A stretch of 24,545 bases of DNA from a virus (IMGVR_UViG_3300033067_000081:1-24545); one strand, 5' to 3'; numbered from the stretch's first letter, positions 1 to 7,663 are shown. Program-made: numbers and translations. Notes: generated by a model not told the origin, from the letters alone.

Positions 1-444
1 GGCAACGTGACCTACGTTGGCAACTGCTTTCCGCATAACTATGCAGACGCCGGCGACGACGATCGTGGCATGATGGTTTTAGAATGGGACAAGCAACCAG
101 AATTCCATGCATGGCCCGATCAACCCAAGTACCGTGTGTACCAGCTAAGTGATGTACTCAAGCACACCGAAGTTATGCTACAACCCGGTATGCACGTTCG
201 TGTAAATCTTGACATTGACATCAGCTACGAGGAAGCAACGTTTATTAAAGAAACGTTCATCGATACGTACAAACTTAGAGAAATTACGCTACTGCCAGCA
301 AAGCCAACCGAAATGGCAGAGTATGAAATGCAAGGAAACATTGCGTTCGAAAGCGTAGATCAAATTGTAACCGGACAACTTACAAATATTGACAGCGACA
401 AGTTTAACAAGAACTTGCTGCTTGAGATTTACCGGAACTTGTAA
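1..444 (+). CDS. gp47: Recombination endonuclease subunit (T4 gp47 / Mre11-SbcD-like), C-terminal part; 5' end lies outside the window
   Basis: Frame is open from base 1 (GNVTYVGNCFPHNYADAGDDDRGMMVL), resembling the late metallophosphoesterase Y-x-G motif region of gp47/SbcD proteins. It lies just upstream of a clear gp46 homologue. Confidence 0.8.
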   Translation, partial: GNVTYVGNCFPHNYADAGDDDRGMMVLEWDKQPEFHAWPDQPKYRVYQLSDVLKHTEVMLQPGMHVRVNLDIDISYEEATFIKETFIDTYKLREITLLPAKPTEMAEYEMQGNIAFESVDQIVTGQLTNIDSDKFNKNLLLEIYRNL

Positions 445-1311
445 TTGGTAGCGCTATCAAACATTGCATGGCTTCAAGTCGAAGCTACCACTAAATGCAA
501 TGCATGGTGCCCAGGGTGTGGTCGCAACAATGGCGGCCACACTCTTTCTACGGGCATGGTTATCGAAGACTTAAATACAGATACCCTAGCAGCATTGCTA
601 GATCAATTGCCCAACCTATCAACTGTTGATTTTTGTGGCACATATGGCGATGCTATTGCCGCTGCAAACATAACAGATCAAATTGAGTTGGCTAAACAGC
701 ATGCTAAAAAGATCATTGTTAGAACCAACGGCAGCTTACGCAATGCAGAATGGTGGAAATCGTTTGCTGCTTTAATGCAGGGAATCGAGCACGAAGTATG
801 GTTCTGTATTGACGGGCTCGCTGACACCCACAGTATCTACCGACAAGGCACAGACTTTGATACCATCATACGAAATGCAACAGTGTTTATGAGCAACGGT
901 GGCACTGCGGTCTGGCAGTTTATCCCGTGGAAGCACAACGAACATCAGATTAAAGACTGCATCCGTATGAGCCAACGTCTAGGATTTAAACGATTTGAGT
1001 TTGTAAGGAATGTGCGCAAGGACTTTGAGGCCAAGCATTATCTAACAGGCCAAGTAATCGAAATACATCCATGGGGCAGCGATACTAGATTTAACAAACT
1101 CGAGCAAGTCAATACTCACGTGCCTGCCGAAAATTGTCGACATTTGTCGCAGCCAAGTGTATACTTAAATGCCAACGGTAAAGTCTCGCCGTGTTGTTTC
1201 TTCAATATTAATGAATGCGAAGATAGTATAGAGCAGCTACCAAATATAGCAAACGAATTAGAAAACCCTAGAACAGTATGTTTAAAGTACTGCGGAATAA
1301 AGAATGTTTAA
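445..1311 (+). CDS. Radical SAM protein with C-terminal SPASM/twitch-like Cys cluster
   Basis: CxxxCxxC motif CNAWCPGC, plus FCGTYGD, RTNGS and FCIDG core motifs. C-terminal C...YLNANGKVSPCC...CLKYC. TTG start abuts the gp47 stop. Confidence 0.88.
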   Translation: MVALSNIAWLQVEATTKCNAWCPGCGRNNGGHTLSTGMVIEDLNTDTLAALLDQLPNLSTVDFCGTYGDAIAAANITDQIELAKQHAKKIIVRTNGSLRNAEWWKSFAALMQGIEHEVWFCIDGLADTHSIYRQGTDFDTIIRNATVFMSNGGTAVWQFIPWKHNEHQIKDCIRMSQRLGFKRFEFVRNVRKDFEAKHYLTGQVIEIHPWGSDTRFNKLEQVNTHVPAENCRHLSQPSVYLNANGKVSPCCFFNINECEDSIEQLPNIANELENPRTVCLKYCGIKNV

Positions 1312-3073
1312 GATTAAAGATTTAACTGTTAAGAATTTTATGAGCGTGGGCAATGCAACCCAAGCGGTCAACTTTGATCGTCGCGATCTCACACTGGTGC
1401 TAGGCGAAAATATGGACTTAGGCGGGGACGACAGCGGGGCACGTAATGGCACAGGCAAGACCACCATTATCAATGCACTGAGCTTCGCACTGTACGGTAA
1501 CGCACTAACTAACATCAAAAAAGACAACTTGATCAATAAGACCAATGGCAAGGGTATGTTAGTTACCATTGATTTCCAGAAGGATGGCATTGACTATCGC
1601 ATTGAGCGTGGGCGCAAGCCCAACATCATGAAATTCTTTGTCTCGGGCAACGAGAAAGAAATCACAGATGATGCACAAGGCGACAGCCGAGAAACACAAG
1701 CAGAAATTGAGCGCATGCTAGGTATGAGCCACGACATGTTTAAACACATTGTGGCGCTCAACACTTACACTGAACCGTTCCTTGCACTCAAGGCAAACGA
1801 CCAACGTGTAATTATCGAGCAGTTACTGGGCATCACTATGCTCAGTGAGAAGGCTGAAGCGCTCAAAGAGCAAGTTAAGTCAACTAAAGACGCAATCACA
1901 CAAGAAGAGTATCGCATTAAGGCTGTCAACGATGCAAACAAGCGTATCGAGGAACAGATTGAAAACTTAAAGAAGCGTCAAAAGATGTGGATTAACAAGC
2001 ATGATCAAGATCTTGAAAACTTGCTTGCTGCATACGACCAACTTGCCGAAATCGATATTGAATCCGAGTTGCTAGCACACAAAGCGCTAAGTGAGTATAG
2101 CGAGAAATCTAAGAAGATAAACGAACTCAATAACTGGATCAAACGATGTGAGCTAGACGAGAAGCGTGAACAGAAACAAATCGATAATCTCCGACTCGAG
2201 ATTGCTAGCTTAGAAGAACACAAGTGCCATAGTTGCGGCCAGGCGTTCCACGATGAAAAGCACGAGCAAGTCCTAGCCGATAAGCGCAAGGCACTACAAG
2301 AAGCTGCATTGCAGGCCCTGTCAACTCAGTCGCAACACGAAATGCATCTTGCCGAATTGCAAGAACTCGGTCCACTAGGTACACAGCCCAAAGTGTTTTA
2401 TGATCAAGAAAGCGATGCGTTCGAACACCGAAGTAGCATGGCCGGTATCTTGCAGCAACTCACAACCAAGCAAGCAGAAACAGATCCGTACTCGGACCAA
2501 ATCAAGGACATGCAAGAGCAGGGCGTTGAGGAAGTTAAGTTTGATCAGATCAATACGTTAACTAACGTTAAGGATCACCAAGAATTCTTGCTTAAATTGC
2601 TAACCAACAAAGACAGCTTTATCCGTAAACGAATTATTGACCAGAACCTGAGTCACTTAAATTCTCGTTTAGGGCAGTACTTGGATCGCATCGGACTCCC
2701 GCATACTGTTAAATTTAATAACGATCTTACAGTAAGCATCAGTGAGCTAGGACGAGACTTGGACTTCGATAACCTTAGCAGGGGCGAACGCAACCGTTTA
2801 ATCCTGTCTTTAAGCTGGAGTTTTAGAGATGTGTGGGAAAGCCTATACCAGCCCATTAATTTGCTGTTTATTGACGAATTAGTTGACAGCGGAATGGACT
2901 CAAGCGGCGTAGAAAACAGCCTTGCTATTCTCAAGAAAATGGGGCGTGACTCAAATCGCAGTGTGTGGCTAGTTTCCCACAAAGACGAATTAGCAGGTCG
3001 CGTCAATAATACGTTGCGAGTTGTTAAAGAAAACGGCTTCACCAATTACAACACGGACATTGATATTGTTTAA
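1304..3073 (+). CDS. gp46: Recombination ATPase subunit (T4 gp46 / Rad50-SbcC-like)
   Basis: N-terminal VKNFMSVGN, Walker A NGTGKTT, coiled coil with central zinc hook CHSC, ABC signature LSRGE, Walker B LLFIDE, H-loop VSH. Confidence 0.95.
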   Translation: MFKIKDLTVKNFMSVGNATQAVNFDRRDLTLVLGENMDLGGDDSGARNGTGKTTIINALSFALYGNALTNIKKDNLINKTNGKGMLVTIDFQKDGIDYRIERGRKPNIMKFFVSGNEKEITDDAQGDSRETQAEIERMLGMSHDMFKHIVALNTYTEPFLALKANDQRVIIEQLLGITMLSEKAEALKEQVKSTKDAITQEEYRIKAVNDANKRIEEQIENLKKRQKMWINKHDQDLENLLAAYDQLAEIDIESELLAHKALSEYSEKSKKINELNNWIKRCELDEKREQKQIDNLRLEIASLEEHKCHSCGQAFHDEKHEQVLADKRKALQEAALQALSTQSQHEMHLAELQELGPLGTQPKVFYDQESDAFEHRSSMAGILQQLTTKQAETDPYSDQIKDMQEQGVEEVKFDQINTLTNVKDHQEFLLKLLTNKDSFIRKRIIDQNLSHLNSRLGQYLDRIGLPHTVKFNNDLTVSISELGRDLDFDNLSRGERNRLILSLSWSFRDVWESLYQPINLLFIDELVDSGMDSSGVENSLAILKKMGRDSNRSVWLVSHKDELAGRVNNTLRVVKENGFTNYNTDIDIV

Positions 3074-4028
3074 CTTACAGGACATTCATATCGAGGTTAG
3101 CAGCAAGTGTACTTTAAAGTGCCCTCGCTGCCCTCGCACGGAATTGGATCAAGATAGCCTCAACAGAGAGTTTAGCTTGACCCAATTCCAGTCTGCGTTT
3201 CCTATTAGCCTGTTAAAAAATAACATCAAACGGATACTGTTTTGTGGTGACATAGGCGACCCTATATATGCTACTCAGTTTTTAGAAATTATCAAATACA
3301 TCAAAACCAACAGCCAGACAACTGTTGACATTGTTACCAACGGTAGCTACAAAAAACCCGAATGGTGGGCCGAACTTGGATCAATGCTAACCTCCTACGA
3401 CAAGGTTACGTTTAGTGTTGACGGATGGGACCAAGAGTCTAATAACCTGTACCGAGTTAACAGCGACTGGGACAGTATCATTAGAGGCATTACTACATTA
3501 CGTGCCGCGGGGCCTGTTAGAATTAACTGGAGTGCCATCTACTTTAGCTTTAACGAAGAGCATATGGGCAAGATGATAAAGATTGCCAAGGACTTAAAGG
3601 TAGACGGATTCCAAACTGTTAAGAGTTCTAAGTTTGACGGTTCTTATGCAGTAGACGAAGTAGACTTGCTCAAGCCATCTGATGCTAATGTTAGCTCCAC
3701 AAGCCAATACGAAAAGACCACAGCGCCTTTGCACAGGATGCAGGAAATAAAAATATTAAAGAGGAACCCAGACGGACATGCATGGGCCAAGTGTCTACGT
3801 TGGGAAAAGGAATTGTTTATTAACGTGGATGGCATTGTGCATCCGTGTCCGTGGTTTAACAGCGGATACCATTACAACGACTTCATAAACAAGTATAGAG
3901 ATCGGTTAAGCGTCAAAACCCGATCACTAAGTGAAGTGTTAACAGACCCGCTATGGGACGAATTTGTAACCCGCATTGAAACAATGCCATTGGATATTTG
4001 TAAGGTAAAGTGTCGTGACTGTAAGTAA
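3066..4028 (+). CDS. Radical SAM protein with C-terminal SPASM/twitch-like Cys cluster
   Basis: CTLKCPRC, FCGDIGDP, VTNGS, FSVDG, and C-terminal C...FINVDGIVHPCPW...CKVKC. Start placed at TTG 3066 (MFNLQD) rather than 3021 because this gives an 8-nt overlap like the 1304/1311 junction and matches the N-terminal length of the 445 paralogue. Confidence 0.87.
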   Translation: MFNLQDIHIEVSSKCTLKCPRCPRTELDQDSLNREFSLTQFQSAFPISLLKNNIKRILFCGDIGDPIYATQFLEIIKYIKTNSQTTVDIVTNGSYKKPEWWAELGSMLTSYDKVTFSVDGWDQESNNLYRVNSDWDSIIRGITTLRAAGPVRINWSAIYFSFNEEHMGKMIKIAKDLKVDGFQTVKSSKFDGSYAVDEVDLLKPSDANVSSTSQYEKTTAPLHRMQEIKILKRNPDGHAWAKCLRWEKELFINVDGIVHPCPWFNSGYHYNDFINKYRDRLSVKTRSLSEVLTDPLWDEFVTRIETMPLDICKVKCRDCK

Positions 4029-5265
4029 AGTATTTTGCAACATCCCGTGGTTTGAAGTGCATATCAATGCCGATGGCACATACCATTCCTGTGGGGCGCA
4101 ACCAAACAAAATAACAGGCACTGCTGACGCCAAGAAATACAACGTGCATAACATGCACATTACTGACTGGGTCAACAGCGAGCACCAACGTAGAGCACGA
4201 CTTAATAAGCTAGACGGCGTAGCAGAGCCACTGTGCCAAATGTGCTACACCGAAGACGAAATGGGGTCTAGTAGCAAACGTGTCAAAGAAAATCACAAGA
4301 GCAAAATCAGCAATGTGCATTTTCACAAAACATTTGCACAGAGTCCCGATTACGCAACATTCCAAGAATCTGCAGAGCACGGCTATACAAGCATGCGCCC
4401 AACTAGTTACCACATTAGCTTAGGCAACGAATGTAACCTAGCATGCAGAATGTGTACTCCTATGTCTAGCAGCAAGATTGCAGTAAATGAAATCAAACTA
4501 GGCAATTACACTGGTGCAGCTAGGCTAAACTGGACTGAAGATACCGCTGCATGGGACATGGTAGTGAATTATATTTGCGGCACACCTACGCTACAATTTG
4601 TACACATTATAGGCGGCGAACCCTTGCTTAATCCTAGGTTTGAGGCACTAATAGACTGCCTTTTAGCAGCCGGGCGCACAGACATATACCTAGGATTTAC
4701 TACCAACGGAACTGTGTTCAACGAAGCGTTAATTCGCAAATTAAACGCATTTAGACACGTTGACATTGGTGTTAGCATCGACTGCTTTGGTGCGTTAAAC
4801 GATGCTATACGCCAGGGATCTAGTACCCAAACGGTGCTAGACAATATTGATTTATACCTAAAACATCGCAAAGAAGCACACGTTTATGTTACAGTTAGGC
4901 CTGTGCCTAGTGCATTAAGCGTACATACACTGGACGATTTATATCGCTGGTGCGTGGATCGAAAACTGGACGTTATGACCAACATGTTAGTGCGTCCTGC
5001 ATATCAACAAATTAGAAACTTACCGGCTCACATTAAGGCACGTCTACTGGATCAATACAGCAAATGGGAACACAGCCAACCTCTAGAGGGTAACTGGAAC
5101 CCGCGAGATCCAAACAGATACAAAGAACACATCGACAACGAAATTACAGCAATCATAAACGCACTCAAATTAGACAACAATACAGACCAAACTGAAGAAC
5201 TTTACAGCAAACTAGCATTATGGCATTGGTTAGATGACGAGGAAATAGCAAAATATTTTACATAG
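4015..5265 (+). CDS. Radical SAM protein with N-terminal twitch/SPASM-like domain
   Basis: N-terminal FCNIPW...INADGTYHSC...CQMC, then CNLACRMC, IIGGEPLL, TTNGT and VSID. GTG start overlaps the previous gene. Confidence 0.88.
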   Translation: MTVSKVFCNIPWFEVHINADGTYHSCGAQPNKITGTADAKKYNVHNMHITDWVNSEHQRRARLNKLDGVAEPLCQMCYTEDEMGSSSKRVKENHKSKISNVHFHKTFAQSPDYATFQESAEHGYTSMRPTSYHISLGNECNLACRMCTPMSSSKIAVNEIKLGNYTGAARLNWTEDTAAWDMVVNYICGTPTLQFVHIIGGEPLLNPRFEALIDCLLAAGRTDIYLGFTTNGTVFNEALIRKLNAFRHVDIGVSIDCFGALNDAIRQGSSTQTVLDNIDLYLKHRKEAHVYVTVRPVPSALSVHTLDDLYRWCVDRKLDVMTNMLVRPAYQQIRNLPAHIKARLLDQYSKWEHSQPLEGNWNPRDPNRYKEHIDNEITAIINALKLDNNTDQTEELYSKLALWHWLDDEEIAKYFT

Positions 5266-5302
5266 AGAGCGCTGTCATAACTATAATGACAAACTCTACT
5301 CT

Positions 5303-5734
5303 ATGACTGACTGGCATTACCAAAACATTATCGTAACTGAACTACCCGAAGATTGTGTGGGATTCGTATATCTAATCACAAACAAGACAAACGGTAGAAT
5401 GTACATTGGTAAGAAGCTAGCCAAGTTCTCAAAAACATCTACACGAACAGTAAAACTTAAAAACGGCACTAAAAAGAAAAAAAAGATCAGAAGCAAAGTA
5501 GATAGCGACTGGTTAACATATTATGGCTCAAGCCCAGAACTCAGCAAAGACGTTGAGCTACTAGGCAAAGAAAATTTTACTAGGGAAATTTTATATTACT
5601 GCAAATCCAAATCGGAATGCAGCTATATCGAAGCCCGCGAACAATTCTCAAGACGTGTATTAGAATCCCACGATTATTATAACGGACACATTCAAGTCCG
5701 TGTCCATGGCTCCCACATTTTAAACAAAATCTAA
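5303..5734 (+). CDS. Stand-alone GIY-YIG (Seg-like) nuclease-domain protein with a Lys-rich insertion
   Basis: GFVYLITNKTNGRMYIGKK (GIY-YIG hairpin), W..YYGSS (Seg-type YxGS), FTREIL...E (putative catalytic Glu in YIEARE) and YYN. The protein ends shortly after the conserved Asn, with no C-terminal DNA-binding domain. Confidence 0.8.
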   Translation: MTDWHYQNIIVTELPEDCVGFVYLITNKTNGRMYIGKKLAKFSKTSTRTVKLKNGTKKKKKIRSKVDSDWLTYYGSSPELSKDVELLGKENFTREILYYCKSKSECSYIEAREQFSRRVLESHDYYNGHIQVRVHGSHILNKI

Positions 5735-5744
5735 TCATCGGTTT

Positions 5745-6200
5745 ATGGCTTGCACTGGCTAATATCAAGTGCCTAACAGAAGACAACTGGACATTCGTGT
5801 CGCAGGGACGGAAGACTCTATGCCGACTAGAGCACTCAATCACTATCCTTTACAGGACGAAGATCGCTTAAACGCCGCGGTTTGATTGTTTGAAGAAAAA
5901 GTTTAAGGCTGAAAAGACGTAGCAGCGATGCTACAGGTTTAGATAGTATGTTAGCGTATATTGTTTAAACTGCCGTTGTGATAAGAACTAAGTGAGCAGG
6001 TACCGGACAACCGCCTGTGTTAAGTAGAAATACTTTGTAGCTTTAACGCTAGTGACTGTTTCGAACTCGGATGAAACATTTCATTTTTGCCCTGTGCGGG
6101 CAAAGTGTGACTGAGGAATCTGGATGAATATGTATCGCTTTAGCGATAAAGAATAGTGTTGTGAGCGCTAGCGAAACAACAGATGTACTTCGTACATCTC
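5745..6200 (+). ncRNA. Putative large structured non-coding RNA (~450 nt), family not recognised
   Basis: ORF-free 473-nt gap in an otherwise tightly packed genome. It contains at least 12 hairpins, including UUCG and GNRA tetraloops, a 16-bp helix with 6 G-U pairs that only works on the + strand, long-range closing helices and a possible pseudoknot. Ends are approximate. Confidence 0.65.
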
Positions 6201-6207
6201 ATATGGA

Positions 6208-6588
6208 TTAATAAATCTTTTCTTCAACAATAGCACTATTGGTTAATTCATTGATGTTTCTTTTAATAGCTGCTCTCTGATCATTCTTTAAATAGACCTT
6301 ACGAGCTAGCTCAATGAATGTCTTGTCGAATCTTTGTTCTTTTTCGCATTGGCGTTTGCTATCTTCAATAACCCACAGCTCACTATTAATATTTCGTAAT
6401 TGAACTTTAAGTGTTTCCACGACTGTGGGAATAGATAGCTTGTCGAGCAGCATATTGAGTTGCCCGAGTTCAATTAAGATGTTCTTGAGCTTGTGTACAT
6501 CAAGAGTCTTTGTTTTCTTAATTTCAAGAATAGTAATCTTGTCAATGAGTTCACCTATGCTGATAGGTGCTAGTACTGTTTGTTCCAT
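6208..6588 (-). CDS. DUF6165-like protein (unknown function)
   Basis: Characteristic PISIGELIDKITILEIK...N..LW.IED..R...F...FIELARKVY..ND.R..IK..IN....S...EEK.Y pattern, recognised from memory of the family. Confidence 0.72.
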   Translation of the reverse strand: MEQTVLAPISIGELIDKITILEIKKTKTLDVHKLKNILIELGQLNMLLDKLSIPTVVETLKVQLRNINSELWVIEDSKRQCEKEQRFDKTFIELARKVYLKNDQRAAIKRNINELTNSAIVEEKIY

Positions 6589-6590
6589 GA

Positions 6591-6812
6591 TTAAAAGAAT
6601 GGCAAGCCACTTTTCTTTGTTGTTTCGATATTTTCTTTAACTAAGTCGCTGACAATTTGTCTTTCTTCGTGGCTTAGGTTCATGGCTTCGCTATAAGTTA
6701 GGCCACCTCTCATAAACCAACACATCTTAATTGCTTCTTGCTTTAAGGCTCTTGACTGTTTGTCGTATGACTTAATTAAATCCAGGACCTCATTTGGGTC
6801 CAAGATAGTCAA
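6591..6812 (-). CDS. gp51: gp51-like baseplate hub / tail assembly chaperone, possibly expressed as a -1 frameshift extension of the upstream gene
   Basis: Small ORF directly after the gp26-like gene, with W.MRGG.TY.EAMNL...ER.I motif. The nearest plausible start is TTG at 6812 overlapping the upstream TGA; the frame stays open further upstream. Confidence 0.55.
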   Translation of the reverse strand: MTILDPNEVLDLIKSYDKQSRALKQEAIKMCWFMRGGLTYSEAMNLSHEERQIVSDLVKENIETTKKSGLPFF

Positions 6813-7657
6813 GAGCCGTTGCCGAAAAAATTTGCGTAATCGAATGTTAGCTCTGCTTTGTACTCTTTTGAGCAATCTGGGCAGTGCAGCGTTAGTTTTT
6901 GTATTTTAACGCTTTCGGCGATTTCGCCCAAGCGCTCCTGGATCGCTTTTACTGTTGAGCTTTCTGCTTGAGCGTAGAATTCTTTGATGTACTCTTTCTC
7001 AGTGACACGTTGCCCGTCATCGAACTCAATGTACTCAGTGCTGTCTGCAACACTTTCGATGCCCAAGTCAACTAAGCGCTGCATGCTAGCTGCTAAGTTT
7101 TCTTTCTTAACTTCTGGGTCAATGCCTTCTTGGTTGATAACGTTTAGCAAACGTTGTTCTTCAAAGGTGATGCTGTTTGACTTGTTTACACTAAAGTAAG
7201 GTTGCGGGTGCAACTTGATTTTTAAACTACTGTACGGAATAGTCTTGCTGTAGTCTGGTGCAACAATACTATCTAGCATTGTGCTAAGTTCGATTTCGTG
7301 CTCATTGAGCTCTTTGCAATGCACACAGTTGCTTTCAAAGCTCATGTTGTTACCGTATGTGGCAATACGAATAGCAATAAGCACAGCGTCTACGTCGATG
7401 CTGGGCATTTGCCACGCATCTTTGATGTTTGGAACACAGTTTTGAATCACATCAACTACACCTTGCCCGTTGAGTAACGCATCCGGGGTCTTGAGGATAA
7501 TTTCATCTTTGGTAGTCATTGCAAACACTGGCAATTCGTTGTTTGCGGGCATATCTAAGCTACCTGCGGCCCACCAACGTCCTTTGCTAGGCAATTTTAA
7601 GTAGATTGCAGGCTGTCTAAAGAATTTAGCCAATGGATTTTGTGGTTCTGTGCTCAT
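6809..7657 (-). CDS. gp26: gp26-like baseplate hub assembly protein
   Basis: Start at ATG 7657 (MSTEPQNPL..FRQPAIYLKLPS), downstream of a minus-strand TAAATA box. Motifs MT.KDEI.LK and DVDAVLIAIRIATYG, CxxC pairs CVHC and CPDC, and C-terminal NFFG. Confidence 0.8.
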   Translation of the reverse strand: MSTEPQNPLAKFFRQPAIYLKLPSKGRWWAAGSLDMPANNELPVFAMTTKDEIILKTPDALLNGQGVVDVIQNCVPNIKDAWQMPSIDVDAVLIAIRIATYGNNMSFESNCVHCKELNEHEIELSTMLDSIVAPDYSKTIPYSSLKIKLHPQPYFSVNKSNSITFEEQRLLNVINQEGIDPEVKKENLAASMQRLVDLGIESVADSTEYIEFDDGQRVTEKEYIKEFYAQAESSTVKAIQERLGEIAESVKIQKLTLHCPDCSKEYKAELTFDYANFFGNGS

Positions 7658-7663
7658 ATTTTG

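Noticed and set aside
5580-5843. 87-aa minus-strand ORF overlapping the nuclease gene and the gap
   Set aside because: It is antisense to a well-supported gene, has no recognisable motifs and has no RBS.
5303-6207. Group I intron carrying a GIY-YIG homing endonuclease
   Set aside because: The flanking genes are complete and convergent, so there are no exons to join, and I could not find the conserved P7 (R/S) core sequences.
5735-6207. tRNA, tmRNA or RNase P RNA in the intergenic gap
   Set aside because: No cloverleaf with a correctly placed T-loop and CCA end, no tmRNA-type termini and no RNase P GAGGAAAGUCC motif were found by eye.
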